From positions 512,001 to 576,000 of the forward strand of contig JAXSNR010000001.1 of NCBI GenBank assembly GCA_037925075.1: a stretch of DNA of 64,000 nucleotides. The letters are read 5' to 3'. Both the position numbers and the translations under genes were made by a program. The stretch comes from Aquificaceae bacterium (GTDB lineage: Bacteria > Aquificota > Aquificia > Aquificales > Aquificaceae). Under the pieces are notes generated by a model that saw only the letters and a program-made list of their open reading frames with translations, had not been told where the DNA came from and did no database searches. Positions 39,553 through 51,004 of this stretch are shown here, piece after piece; position 1 is the stretch's first letter; each line of letters starts with the position of its first letter.

Positions 39553-40446
39553 ATGAAGCTTTTTATGATAGGCTTGGGGAGGATGGGGCTTGGTATGTCA
39601 AGAAGGCTTATATCAAAGGGGCATAAGGTGGTGGGCTACGATGCAAGCCCGCAGACAAGGGAAGGGGCAAAGGCTTATATGGAGGTGATCCATAGCTTTG
39701 AACAAATACCAAAAGAAGAGGAAAAGCTTTTGTGGCTTATGGTGCCTCACGATGTGGTGGATAAGGTCCTTGAGGATATAAAGCCTTACCTTAGGGAAGG
39801 GGATGTGGTGGTGGATGGGGGAAACAGCTACTACAAAGATTCTCAGAGAAGATACGAAAGGCTTAAGGCTTTTGGCGTGAGCTTTTTGGATGTGGGTGTG
39901 AGCGGTGGAGTTTATGGGGAAGAGCTGGGCTACTGCCTTATGGTGGGAGGTGAAAGGTCCGCCTTTGAGAAGATAGAAGCAATTTTGAAGGATCTGTCCT
40001 ACGAAGGAAAAGGTTATGCCTACCTTGGTACTTCCGGTGCGGGGCACTTTGCCAAGATGGTGCACAACGGCATAGAATACGCCTTTATGCAGGCTATAGG
40101 TGAGGGCTTTGAGCTTTTAAAGGAAAGTGGTTTTAACTATGACCTAAAAGAGGTGGCACGCATATACAACACGGGAAGCGTTATTCGTAGCTGGCTTATG
40201 GAACTCACTCAAAAGGTCTTTGAGGATTTTGGAGACTTGGAAGGTATAAAGGCCTATGTGGAGGACACGGGGGAAGGACGCTGGACGGTGGAAGAGGCCA
40301 TAAAAAGGGCTGTGCCAGTGCCTACCATAGCGGAAGCCCTCTTTGCCCGCTTTCGCTCAAGACAGGAAAACTCCTTTAGGGACAGGCTTTTGGCAGGCCT
40401 TAGGTTTGAGTTTGGAAGGCATCAGGTAAAGCAAAAGAATGAATAA
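39553..40446 (+). CDS. gnd: 6-phosphogluconate dehydrogenase (short YqeC type)
   Basis: GLGRMG, DGGNS, VSGG, AKMVHNGIEY, DTGEGRW, FGRH. Confidence 0.93.
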   Translation: MKLFMIGLGRMGLGMSRRLISKGHKVVGYDASPQTREGAKAYMEVIHSFEQIPKEEEKLLWLMVPHDVVDKVLEDIKPYLREGDVVVDGGNSYYKDSQRRYERLKAFGVSFLDVGVSGGVYGEELGYCLMVGGERSAFEKIEAILKDLSYEGKGYAYLGTSGAGHFAKMVHNGIEYAFMQAIGEGFELLKESGFNYDLKEVARIYNTGSVIRSWLMELTQKVFEDFGDLEGIKAYVEDTGEGRWTVEEAIKRAVPVPTIAEALFARFRSRQENSFRDRLLAGLRFEFGRHQVKQKNE

Positions 40447-41734
40447 GAGTTTTTCCCTTTTTATCTTTGGTGGCACGGGAGACCTTGCAAAAAGAAAGCT
40501 ACTTCCATCTATCTCAAGGCTTTACTCTAAAGGCTATTTAAAGGGGCTTGACAAGGTCTATTCCTTGGCAAGAAGCAAGCGGGAGGATTGGGAGAGAGTA
40601 GCCTGTAAGTTAGACAAAGGCTTTGGGAAGCTGTGCCACTTTATACCTTTTGACGCCAAAGATTGGAACTCTTACGTGGAGCTTGGAAAGGTTATAGAAA
40701 AGCTAAAAGGTCAGGAGCTTATCTTTTTCCTTTCCCTCAGTCCCTACCTTTTTGAGGATGCTATAAGAAACCTCGGAAAACTTCTTAGAAACTACACAAA
40801 CCCGAGAAAGATTGTGGTGGAAAAGCCCTTTGGCTTTGACCTGACCTCCGCCAAAAGGCTAAACGACCTTTTGCACCGGTATTTTATAGAAGAGGAGATA
40901 TACCGCATAGACCACTTTCTTGGAAAGGATACCATTCAAAACCTTTTCTCCCTTAGGTTTTCCAACATCATATTTGAAGGCATATGGAACAGAAGCTTTA
41001 TAGACCATGTGAGAATACTCGCCCTTGAAAAGGTAGGTGTAGAAGGAAGAGGAGAGTTTTACGACAAGGTGGGAGCCATAAGGGATATGCTTCAAAACCA
41101 CATGCTTCAGATGCTTGCCTTTACCGCCATGGAGCCACCCGCCTATATGTCAGAGAAATACATAAGAGACGAAAAGGTAAAGGTGCTCAAAAACACACGC
41201 ATTGAAAAGCTCATAAGAGGTCAGTACGAAGGCTATCTTAGGGATGTGGGAGTGGAAAGCTCAAAGACGGAGACCTTTGTAGCTTGTAAGATTTTTGTGG
41301 ATAACTTCCGCTGGCACGGAGTGCCCTTTTACCTGATAACAGGAAAAGCCCTTTCTAAAAAACTAACTCAAATAGAGATTGTTTTTAGAGAAATCCCACA
41401 GAGCCTTACAAAGCTACTGGATTGTAAGCCCCACCAAAACAAGATTATCTTTCAGACCGCACCCGAAAGCAAGCTTCAGATATTCTTTGAGCTAAGACCA
41501 CCCACAGGCAAGTTTATAGCCTGCCCTGTGGAAACCTCCATAGAGTACAAGTTTCCCTCAGAGTTTGAAGACGCCTATGAGGTGCTACTCCTTGACATTG
41601 TAGAGGGAGACCAATCTCTTTTTATAAGGGCTGATGAAATAGAAGCCATGTGGGAAGTGGTGGAGCCTTACCTTAACCTTGAAGAGGAGCCGTTTGTTTA
41701 TAGTTCGGATTTTGAAATTCAGAGGGTGGATTAA
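40439..41734 (+). CDS. zwf: Glucose-6-phosphate 1-dehydrogenase
   Basis: GGTGDLAKRKL, EKPFG, YRIDHFLGK, RDMLQNH, RWHGVPFY. Confidence 0.95.
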   Translation: MNKSFSLFIFGGTGDLAKRKLLPSISRLYSKGYLKGLDKVYSLARSKREDWERVACKLDKGFGKLCHFIPFDAKDWNSYVELGKVIEKLKGQELIFFLSLSPYLFEDAIRNLGKLLRNYTNPRKIVVEKPFGFDLTSAKRLNDLLHRYFIEEEIYRIDHFLGKDTIQNLFSLRFSNIIFEGIWNRSFIDHVRILALEKVGVEGRGEFYDKVGAIRDMLQNHMLQMLAFTAMEPPAYMSEKYIRDEKVKVLKNTRIEKLIRGQYEGYLRDVGVESSKTETFVACKIFVDNFRWHGVPFYLITGKALSKKLTQIEIVFREIPQSLTKLLDCKPHQNKIIFQTAPESKLQIFFELRPPTGKFIACPVETSIEYKFPSEFEDAYEVLLLDIVEGDQSLFIRADEIEAMWEVVEPYLNLEEEPFVYSSDFEIQRVD

Positions 41735-41750
41735 TAACGATGACAGCTTG

Positions 41751-42029
41751 CTAAGAAGTTTTATCTCTTCTTCTCTTTTTCGTAAAGCTCATTCTCTCTT
41801 CCTTCTTTTTGATTTCCCTTAAGGCGAATTCCACAATAAGAAATAAACTAAGAAATAACGCAAAATAAAAGATGTGTTTATCCCAATTTACTCGCTCTCC
41901 TTTGTAATAGTCATACAAAGGCAAAAGGATGTTCAAGATGATGCTCAATAATAGCAACAACCTTGCTGTTTCAAGCCTTGTTATAAGTCTTCTTATAAGC
42001 CTTCTGTCTGAAAAGAGTATTTTAAACAT
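41751..42029 (-). CDS. Small two-TM basic membrane protein downstream of the CRISPR mini-array
   Basis: 92 aa; two hydrophobic segments; R/K-rich ends; AAGGT RBS-like sequence before ATG 42029. Confidence 0.65.
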   Translation of the reverse strand: MFKILFSDRRLIRRLITRLETARLLLLLSIILNILLPLYDYYKGERVNWDKHIFYFALFLSLFLIVEFALREIKKKEERMSFTKKRRRDKTS

Positions 42030-42085
42030 TTTTACCTTCTTATTTTATAACCTTTCTCTACATTCTCAACTATGCAATCAGCAAC

Positions 42086-42180
42086 ATTTCAACTCCACAC
42101 GGTAGATTAGCAACAGCAATTATCGTGGGACTTTTACAGATTGGGAAAGCTCTTTCAACTCCACACGGTAGATTAGCAAC
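42086..42180 (-). CRISPR. Orphan CRISPR mini-array: two 29-nt repeats, one 37-nt spacer
   Basis: Repeats at 42086-42114 and 42152-42180 (minus strand GTTGCTAATCTACCGTGTGGAGTTGAAA[G/T], 28/29 identical); GTT...GAAA ends typical of Aquificae repeats; spacer 42115-42151; no cas genes in the window. Confidence 0.85.
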
Positions 42181-42390
42181 CTCAAAACACCACATAAAAA
42201 ATAATAAGAACTATCAAAGCTTTTGTCAATACCCTACCCTTTTCAAATAAAGGTGATTTGCCAAAAACTTCAGGTCGTGCAAGGTTGAGTGTGTTATTGT
42301 TAAATTTAAACCATTGAAAAACAAGGCTTTGAGCTATACGCCGTATTACCGTAAAACCGTAATTATGTCTTTACGGCTTTATGGCATAAC
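42181..42390 (-). promoter_or_regulatory. CRISPR leader with sigma70-type promoter
   Basis: AT-rich non-coding DNA; TTGACA (42229-42224)-17 nt-TATTAT (42206-42201) pointing into the array. Confidence 0.75.
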
Positions 42391-42466
42391 TAAAGCCCTA
42401 TTCAATTGCCAAGATAACAAGGGACTTAAAGCCCCTATAACCTTGGAGTGAGTATAATTATACCGC

Positions 42467-43096
42467 ATGAAAATAAAGGTCTTTTCCTCAAACAAAACGG
42501 AGGATATCCTGCTTAGGTTTCTTCGGAGGCTAATTAAAACTTTCCTCAAAAGCCACAAGGTTTGTCATATAGCTTTGGCTGGTGGGAAAACTCCCATGAA
42601 GCTTTATAGAATGCTTTCTTCCGAAAGTCTTCAGTGGGATAGGTTAAGGTTTTACCTGAGCGATGAAAGGTATGTGCCCATTTCTTCCGACCTTAGCAAC
42701 TACAAAAACATCAGGGAAGCTTTGGGAGAGAGGGCAAGGCTTGCCTTTTTCAAAACGGAGATGCCACCGGAAGAGTGTGCCATGGACTACAGCCTTCAAC
42801 TACCTGAAAGGCTTCATATTGCCTTGCTTGGTGTAGGCTCCGATGGGCATACCGCCTCCTTGTTTCCACAGGTGGAATGTGAAGATGTTAGCCCAAAGGT
42901 TTGCTTGAGTAGGTCTCCGGATGGGCTTTTGAGGCTTTCTTTAAAAGAAGAATATCTAAACTCTTCCTGTGTGGTGGTGTTTTTCCTAAAGGGGGAAGAA
43001 AAAAGGCAGGCTCTTGAGTGGCTCCTAAGCGAAGGTTCCGTTCCCGCAGGAAGGATTAGAGGCAGACTAAGGAGTTATGCATTTACAGATTTATAA
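42467..43096 (+). CDS. pgl: 6-phosphogluconolactonase
   Basis: ALAGGKTP, DERYVP..SNY, LLGVGSDGHTASLFP. Confidence 0.92.
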   Translation: MKIKVFSSNKTEDILLRFLRRLIKTFLKSHKVCHIALAGGKTPMKLYRMLSSESLQWDRLRFYLSDERYVPISSDLSNYKNIREALGERARLAFFKTEMPPEECAMDYSLQLPERLHIALLGVGSDGHTASLFPQVECEDVSPKVCLSRSPDGLLRLSLKEEYLNSSCVVVFFLKGEEKRQALEWLLSEGSVPAGRIRGRLRSYAFTDL

Positions 43097-43103
43097 TTAA
43101 CCT

Positions 43104-44438
43104 ATGGAAGCCCACATCCTTGTGGTGGATGATGAGAAGTCCATAAGGGAAACCTTAAGGGCTATTCTTGAAGAAGAGGGCTACAAGGTAGCCACCGCAG
43201 ACAGCATAAAATCCATGAAGGAAAAGGTGGAGAGGCATTTTTTTCACTGCGTGCTTTTAGACCTTTGGCTTCCAGATGGCAACGGGCTTGAATATATTGC
43301 CTACCTTAAGGAAAAGCTTCCCGGATCCGCCATCATAGTCATAACAGGACATGGCAAAACGGAGCATGCGGTAAGGTCCATAAGGGAAGGTGCCTACGAC
43401 TTTCTTGAAAAGCCCTTTTCTATAGACAGGCTTTTGACCACCGTAGAAAAAGCCCTAAAGGAGACCATAAGGTCCAGAAGGGAAGAGGAAGAAGACCCAA
43501 TAATTGGCAAAAGTAGGAAAATCCTTCAGATAAAGGAGCTTATCCACAAGGTCGCAAAGACCAACGCCAGCATCCTTATAGTTGGTGAAAGTGGGACGGG
43601 AAAGGAGCTTGTCGCAAGGAGAATACATAAGCTTTCAGATAGGTCCGAGGGACCCTTTGTAGATATAAACTGTGCGGGACTTCCCGATGAGCTTGTAGAG
43701 GCGGAGCTCTTTGGCTACGAAAAGGGAGCCTTTACTTCCGCCAGTCAGAGAAAGCTGGGCAAGATTGAGCTGGCTCACGGTGGAACCCTGTTCCTTGATG
43801 AGGTCTCCGAGCTAAGCCCAAGGGCTCAGGCAAAGCTTTTAAGAGTCCTTGAAACAAAGGAATTCACAAGGCTTGGAGGAACGCAAGTTATCAGGTCCGA
43901 CTTTAGGCTAATCTGTGCCACCAACAAGGACCTACAAGAGGAGGTAAAAAAAGGAAGCTTCAGAGAAGACCTTTATCATAGGATATCCACCTTTGTGATA
44001 AGCCTTCCACCACTCAGGGAAAGGGGAGAAGATATAGTCCTTCTTGCGGAGTACTTTCTTTCAAAGTTTCTTGCGGAGTACCGCAAGCCACCCAAATACC
44101 TAAGCGAGGAAGCAAAAAGGCTTCTTGAAACCTACCAGTGGAAGGGAAATGTAAGGGAGCTAAAAAACCTTATGGAAAGGCTTGTTATACTCCATGAGGG
44201 CACCCAGATAACAGAAAAGGACTTGCGAAGCCTTCTTGGCTTTGACCATGAGCCGGAGGACATAAGGTCCCTTCTTATGGAAAAGGACCTAAGAAGGGCA
44301 CGCCAAGCCTTTGAAAAGCTTTTCATTGAAAGGAAGCTAAGGGAGAACAACTACGACCTTAAAAAAACCGCAGAAGCCATAGGCATAGACCTTTCAAACC
44401 TCTACAGGAAGATAAGGTACTACGAGATAGAGATATAA
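43104..44438 (+). CDS. Sigma-54-dependent response regulator (NtrC/NtrX family)
   Basis: REC (VVDDE, LD, ITGH, EKPF), AAA+ (GESGTGKE, GAFTSA, LFLDE), Fis HTH. Confidence 0.93.
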   Translation: MEAHILVVDDEKSIRETLRAILEEEGYKVATADSIKSMKEKVERHFFHCVLLDLWLPDGNGLEYIAYLKEKLPGSAIIVITGHGKTEHAVRSIREGAYDFLEKPFSIDRLLTTVEKALKETIRSRREEEEDPIIGKSRKILQIKELIHKVAKTNASILIVGESGTGKELVARRIHKLSDRSEGPFVDINCAGLPDELVEAELFGYEKGAFTSASQRKLGKIELAHGGTLFLDEVSELSPRAQAKLLRVLETKEFTRLGGTQVIRSDFRLICATNKDLQEEVKKGSFREDLYHRISTFVISLPPLRERGEDIVLLAEYFLSKFLAEYRKPPKYLSEEAKRLLETYQWKGNVRELKNLMERLVILHEGTQITEKDLRSLLGFDHEPEDIRSLLMEKDLRRARQAFEKLFIERKLRENNYDLKKTAEAIGIDLSNLYRKIRYYEIEI

Positions 44439-44442
44439 TTAA

Positions 44443-45903
<1,461 letters not shown>

Positions 45904-46908
45904 TTACAAAATTAGCATGCCATCACCGTAGCTGTAAAACCTGTACCCTTCCCTTATGGCCTCTCTGTAGGCATTGAGGATAAACTCCCTTCCACCAAAG
46001 GCACACACAAGAAAAAGAAGGGAAGACCTCGGCAGGTGAAAGTTGGTAATAAGGGCATCCACCACCTTAAACTGGTAGCCCGGGTATATGTACAGGTCTG
46101 TCCAGCCTTCGAAGGGTTCAAAGCCAGCGGTTTCCAAAGCTCTAACTACGGTGGTGCCTACCGCCACAACCCTGCCACCCTTAGCCTTTGTTTCTTTTAT
46201 CAACTCTATGGTCTCCTCTGGCACCTTTACATACTCTGGATCCACGCGGTGAAGCTCCACCTCTTGAACCTTTACAGGCTTAAAGGTACCATAGGACACA
46301 TGAAGGGTTATAAAGGCTTTCCTTATTCCGTACTCCTCAAGCCTTCTCAAAAGCTCTTCGGAAAAGTGAAGGCTTGCGGTAGGCGAGGCGACAGAGCCCT
46401 CCACCTGAGCAAAGACCGTCTGATAATAAACCCTGTCTAAGGGCTCCTCTTCCCTTTTAAGATAGGGGGGTATGGGAATTTTTCCGTGCTCGTCTAAGGC
46501 TTTTATGGGGTCTTGGGACAAAAGCCTTACCTTAAACCTGCCACCCTCTATATGTTGGAGCACTTCCACCTGTAGGTCATCTGCCACATGTATCTTCAAA
46601 CCTTCTTTTATACCCTTGCCACCTATCAGGGCGTACCATCGCTCCTTGTCTATAAAGTCTGTTAGAAGGACTTCTACCTTGCCACCTGTGGGCTTTTGTC
46701 CATAGAGCCTTGCGGGTAAAACCTTTGAGTTGTTAAAAACCAAAAGGTCTCCCCCCTTCAGATAAAGGGGCAGGTTCCAAAAGATATCATGCCTTATACT
46801 CTTTTCTTTCCTGTCAAGGACCATAAGCCTTGCCTTGTGCCTTGGCTGGACAGGGTATTTTGCTATAAGCTCCTCAGAAAACTCATAGTCAAAGTCCTCT
46901 GTTTTCAT
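45904..46908 (-). CDS. queA: SAM:tRNA ribosyltransferase-isomerase
   Basis: PIPPYL, YQTVFA, VGTTVVRALE, TNFHLP, YRFYSYGD. Confidence 0.97.
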   Translation of the reverse strand: MKTEDFDYEFSEELIAKYPVQPRHKARLMVLDRKEKSIRHDIFWNLPLYLKGGDLLVFNNSKVLPARLYGQKPTGGKVEVLLTDFIDKERWYALIGGKGIKEGLKIHVADDLQVEVLQHIEGGRFKVRLLSQDPIKALDEHGKIPIPPYLKREEEPLDRVYYQTVFAQVEGSVASPTASLHFSEELLRRLEEYGIRKAFITLHVSYGTFKPVKVQEVELHRVDPEYVKVPEETIELIKETKAKGGRVVAVGTTVVRALETAGFEPFEGWTDLYIYPGYQFKVVDALITNFHLPRSSLLFLVCAFGGREFILNAYREAIREGYRFYSYGDGMLIL

Positions 46909-48092
46909 TCTCTCGCAAGATACTTGAGAATAACAGGTGCAACGAGTGTGGTCGTTGCCACTACAAAGATGACCACCGCATAAAGAAGGTCGTCGTACAG
47001 ACCGCTTTGCCTCCCAAACTCCGCAAATATAAGACCCACCTCACCCCTTGGAAGCATGGAAAAGCCTATCAAAAGCTTTTCCCTTAGCGTTCCTTTTACG
47101 AAAAACCCAGATATAACCTTTCCAAAGATTGCCACAAGCAGAATAAGTAAAGAAAGGCTCCAAAACTTTATGGAGGTAAAGTCTATTGCCTTTAGGTTTA
47201 GCTGAAGTCCCACATAGACGAAAAATATGGGTGTTAAAACCCACACAAGGGGCATGATGGTATGTTCTACCTTGTGGGCGAGTTTTTCGTCCGTTTTCAA
47301 AAACACCGCAAAGGGTAGTGCAAAACGTCTTGAAAAGGCAAGCCCTGCGGTAAAGGCTCCAAGTATCTCTGGAGAGCCTACTTTGTGAGCAAGGAAGGCA
47401 AAGAGAAATACGGTCGCAACCACCGTAGGCGGTATAAAGTCCTCCGTTTTGAGCCTTCTGGAAAGTATGGCTATTACCCTTGCGAGAATTTGGGCAAGTA
47501 TGGGCGAGAAGATAAAGAAGGTGGCAATGTACAAAACAAGCATGGCAAGGGCATCAAAATGAACCACCCCTTCCTTTGAAAACTCATACAACCCCGCAAG
47601 CACTATAACTCCAAAGATATCGTCAAGCACCGCAGCACCCAAAACTATCTGTGCAAACCTTTCCTTCATCTTTCCAAGGTCGTCAAGCACCCTTACAGTT
47701 ATGCCGATGCTTGTTGCCGTCAAAGTACCACCTATAAAGAGGGAAACGGTAAGCGGTAAATTCAAAAGATAGTAGCTCAAAAGGGTTCCAATAGCCATAG
47801 GTGTAAAGGCACCCACAAAGGCAACCACAAAGGCGGATAAGCCTACTTTTTTTAGCTGGTTTATGTCCGCCTCAAGCCCTATATGGAAAAGAAGAAGTAT
47901 TACACCTATCTCCGCAAGTAGCCTTATAACCTCGTTGGGCTGGATAAGACCAAGGGCACTTTTGCCAAGCAAAACGCCCACCAGTATCTCCCCAAGGACA
48001 GGAGGAAGCCCAAACCTTCCAAAGGTGTCTCCTATTACTCTTGCAAGAAAGAGTATTATGGCAAGGTAGAGAAAGATGGTGTGAAGGTCCAT
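46905..48092 (-). CDS. Cation:proton antiporter (CPA2, NapA-like)
   Basis: PPVLGE, GLE, ATSIGIT, GAAVLDD, PIFF, PRGEVGL. Confidence 0.92.
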   Translation of the reverse strand: MDLHTIFLYLAIILFLARVIGDTFGRFGLPPVLGEILVGVLLGKSALGLIQPNEVIRLLAEIGVILLLFHIGLEADINQLKKVGLSAFVVAFVGAFTPMAIGTLLSYYLLNLPLTVSLFIGGTLTATSIGITVRVLDDLGKMKERFAQIVLGAAVLDDIFGVIVLAGLYEFSKEGVVHFDALAMLVLYIATFFIFSPILAQILARVIAILSRRLKTEDFIPPTVVATVFLFAFLAHKVGSPEILGAFTAGLAFSRRFALPFAVFLKTDEKLAHKVEHTIMPLVWVLTPIFFVYVGLQLNLKAIDFTSIKFWSLSLLILLVAIFGKVISGFFVKGTLREKLLIGFSMLPRGEVGLIFAEFGRQSGLYDDLLYAVVIFVVATTTLVAPVILKYLARE

Positions 48093-48095
48093 GGC

Positions 48096-48542
48096 TCATA
48101 TATTATAACCCGTTGAGCCAAAGCCTCCGTCGGACCTTTGAGTGGTGCTTAGCTCCTTGACCTCCTCCAACTCAGCTTTGACCACAGAGCATATGACCAT
48201 CTGGGCTATCCTGTCTCCCCTGTTTATCACAAAGTCCTCTTCCCCGAGGTTTATGAGTATTACCTTTATTTCCCCCCTGTAATCCGCATCTACGGTGCCG
48301 GGCGTGTTCAAAAGGGTTATGCCGTGTTTTATGGCAAGACCGCTTCTTGGTCTTATCTGAGCTTCAAAGCCCGGAGGCAGTTCAATTGCAATGCCGGTAG
48401 GTACAAGGACCCTTTGCATAGGCTTTAAAACTACAGGCTCATAAATTGCAGCAGTAAGGTCCATTCCAGAGGCATGCTCTGTGGCGTAAAAGGGCAGTGG
48501 CAAGTCTTCTGCGTGCGGAAGTCTTTTAATTTTTATTTTCAT
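48096..48542 (-). CDS. dut: dUTP diphosphatase
   Basis: [36 protein letters not shown]; true start 48542 (the longer ORF runs into the tRNA). Confidence 0.95.
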   Translation of the reverse strand: MKIKIKRLPHAEDLPLPFYATEHASGMDLTAAIYEPVVLKPMQRVLVPTGIAIELPPGFEAQIRPRSGLAIKHGITLLNTPGTVDADYRGEIKVILINLGEEDFVINRGDRIAQMVICSVVKAELEEVKELSTTQRSDGGFGSTGYNI

Positions 48543-48554
48543 AGCCTTTCTCCA

Positions 48555-48626
48555 AGCCGGCGGTGGGATTTGAACCCACGGCCTAGGCATTACGAGTGCC
48601 TCGCTCTGCCACTGAGCTACGCCGGC
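48555..48626 (-). tRNA. tRNA-Thr (CGT), CCA not encoded; overlaps the pnp 3' end
   Basis: GCCGGCG/CGCCGGC acceptor stem; AGGCA-CT CGT AA-TGCCT anticodon arm; GTTCAAATC. Confidence 0.95.
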
Positions 48627-50695
48627 TCTTTAATGCCCATGTTGGTAAGCTTTGCCCTTCCCTGCTCATCGATCTCTAACACCTTTACAAAAAGCTCATC
48701 CCCAACGCTAAAGCGAGCCCTCACATCTTTAATATATCCTTCCATCTTGCTCACATGCAAAAGCCCCACCTTTCCTGGTAGTATTTCCACAAAGACGCCG
48801 TAGGGCTCAACCCTTGTAATCTTGCCCTTATAGACCTTGCCCACCTCCACATCAGCGACTAGCCCTTGAATGATCCTTTTTACCTCCTCTATGGCTTCCT
48901 TTGAATTGGATGTGAGAGAAACCCTACCGCCTTCGTGCACCCAAACAGACACACCCATTTTGTCCCTAAACTCCTTAACATTCTTGCCACCTGGTCCTAT
49001 TACCACCAAAGCCTTGTCCTCTGGTATGGTGATGATCTCTATCTTAGGTGCGTAAGGAGACACTTCTTTTCTTGGTTCTGGTATTGCATCGTACATCTTC
49101 TCCAGAATGTAAAGCCTTCCTTCCTTTGCCTGATGGAGGGCTTCCTTCATTAACTCCTTTTTCAGACCCTTTATCTTTATGTCCATCTGCACACTGGTTA
49201 TACCGTCCCTTGTACCTGCCACCTTAAAGTCCATGTCTCCAAGCTGGTCCTCGTCTCCCAAGATATCGGAAAGTATTGCGTACTTTTCTCCTTCCATTAT
49301 GAGCCCCATGGCTATGCCTGCCACATGCTTCTTGAGGGGTACTCCCGCATCAAAGAGAGCCAAAGACCCAGCACACACGGTTGCCATAGAAGTGGACCCG
49401 TTGGATTCAAGGATGTTGGACACCACCCTTATGATGTAGGGAAACTCGGTTTCTGGTGGTATAAGGGGCTCTATGGCTCTTTCCGCCAGGGCTCCATGTC
49501 CTATCTCCCTTCTTCTTGGTGGACCCCACGGCTTGGCTTCACCGGTGGAAAAGGGTGGGAAGTTGTAGTGAAGCATGAACCTTTTAAAGGTTTCCCCTTC
49601 GTATATGCTTTCCACCATTTGAGCCTCTTCCGGTGAGCCTAAGGTCGCAGTGGCAAAAGCCTGCGTTTGTCCCCTTGTGAATATGGCACTGCCGTGAGGT
49701 CTTTCAAAGGGATGTATCTGTATGCTTATAGGTCTTATATCCTTTGGACCCCTTCCATCTATACGCCTACCCTCTTCAAGAACCTGCCTTCTCATAAGCT
49801 TGCTTATAAGCTTTTTGTAGTTATAGCCAAGTTTAAAGTGCAGGTCCTCGGGAATTTGATATTTTTCTATAAACTCCTTGAGAATTTCAGACTGAAGGGT
49901 TTTCCTTTGCCTTTTATCTGAAATGCCAAAGGATTGGATTATCTTGGGAGTGCAAAAGTCTTCGAGCTGTCTCTGAAGCTCTTCGGGAAGCTCCATGCCT
50001 TCAAAGGCTACCTTTGGGACTCCAACCCTGTTTCTTAAATCTTCTTGAACTTTCAAAAGGTCCTGTATGGCGGAAAGCCCAAAGTAAAGTGCTTCTACAA
50101 AGGTGTCCTCATCTACCTCTTTGGCTCCACCTTCCACCATCACTATGGCATCCTTGCTTCCCGCCATAACTATCTCAAGGTCTGCCCTTTGCCTTTCTTC
50201 ATAAGTGGGGTTTGCTACAAACTTGCCATCTACTCTGCAAACTCTTACACCCGCTATAGGACCATCAAATGGTATGCGTGATATGTGAAGTGCAGTAGAA
50301 GCTCCAGTTATGGCAAGCACATCTGGGTCGTACTTGTCGTCCGCAGACAAGGTAAGGGCGGTGATTATTACATCGTGGAAAAAGCCCTCGGGAAGCATAG
50401 GTCTTATGGGTCTGTCTATGACCCTTGATACAAGCACCTCTCTGTCCGTGGGCTTGCCCTCCCTTTTTACAAAGCCACCGGGTATTTTCCCCCAAGCGGA
50501 AGATTGCTCCCTGTAATCCACCGAAAGAGGAACAAAGTCTATGCCCTCTACAGGCTCTTCGGACATGACCGTGGTCACCAGCACCGCGGTATCACCCTGA
50601 CGAACAACCACCGCACCATCCGCCAGCTTTGCGTAATGCCCAGTTTCTATGATTATTTCCGATTCTCCCAACTGCGCACTCGTCCTTTCCATCAT
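48617..50695 (-). CDS. pnp: Polyribonucleotide nucleotidyltransferase
   Basis: Two RNase PH domains ([32 protein letters not shown]), KH, S1. Confidence 0.98.
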   Translation of the reverse strand: MMERTSAQLGESEIIIETGHYAKLADGAVVVRQGDTAVLVTTVMSEEPVEGIDFVPLSVDYREQSSAWGKIPGGFVKREGKPTDREVLVSRVIDRPIRPMLPEGFFHDVIITALTLSADDKYDPDVLAITGASTALHISRIPFDGPIAGVRVCRVDGKFVANPTYEERQRADLEIVMAGSKDAIVMVEGGAKEVDEDTFVEALYFGLSAIQDLLKVQEDLRNRVGVPKVAFEGMELPEELQRQLEDFCTPKIIQSFGISDKRQRKTLQSEILKEFIEKYQIPEDLHFKLGYNYKKLISKLMRRQVLEEGRRIDGRGPKDIRPISIQIHPFERPHGSAIFTRGQTQAFATATLGSPEEAQMVESIYEGETFKRFMLHYNFPPFSTGEAKPWGPPRRREIGHGALAERAIEPLIPPETEFPYIIRVVSNILESNGSTSMATVCAGSLALFDAGVPLKKHVAGIAMGLIMEGEKYAILSDILGDEDQLGDMDFKVAGTRDGITSVQMDIKIKGLKKELMKEALHQAKEGRLYILEKMYDAIPEPRKEVSPYAPKIEIITIPEDKALVVIGPGGKNVKEFRDKMGVSVWVHEGGRVSLTSNSKEAIEEVKRIIQGLVADVEVGKVYKGKITRVEPYGVFVEILPGKVGLLHVSKMEGYIKDVRARFSVGDELFVKVLEIDEQGRAKLTNMGIKEPA

Positions 50696-50964
50696 TTAAC
50701 CTTCAGCCCAAGTCTCTGTACTATCTCTAAATACCTCTTGTAGTCTCTTTCCTTGAGGTATTCAAGGTGCCTTCTCCTTGCGTGTATGAGGGCTATAAGG
50801 CCTCTTCTTGAGTGAATGTCCTTTTTGTGCTTTTTGAGATGTTCTGTGAGCTTGTTTATACGCTCTGTTAGTATGGCTATCTGCACCTCTGGCGAACCCG
50901 TATCCTTTTCATGCCTTTGGAAGCTCCTTATAAGCTCCTCTTTTAGTGTCTTTGGTAATGCCAT
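50692..50964 (-). CDS. rpsO: 30S ribosomal protein S15
   Basis: [24 protein letters not shown]. Confidence 0.97.
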   Translation of the reverse strand: MALPKTLKEELIRSFQRHEKDTGSPEVQIAILTERINKLTEHLKKHKKDIHSRRGLIALIHARRRHLEYLKERDYKRYLEIVQRLGLKVK

Positions 50965-51004
50965 CTCTTTCCTCCTGAGTTTCTTCAAAAGATATTATTA
51001 TATC

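Noticed and set aside
41690..41734. zwf C-terminal truncation caused by the CRISPR insertion
   Set aside because: The tail lacks the usual GSWGP, but short Zwf may be normal in this lineage; undecidable without orthologs
43720..43745. GAFTSA variant as an inactive sigma-54 activator
   Set aside because: The key F and T are retained; a single substitution is insufficient evidence
48543..48590. N-terminal extension of Dut in the ORF track
   Set aside because: It is tRNA-Thr sequence; the RBS supports the start at 48542
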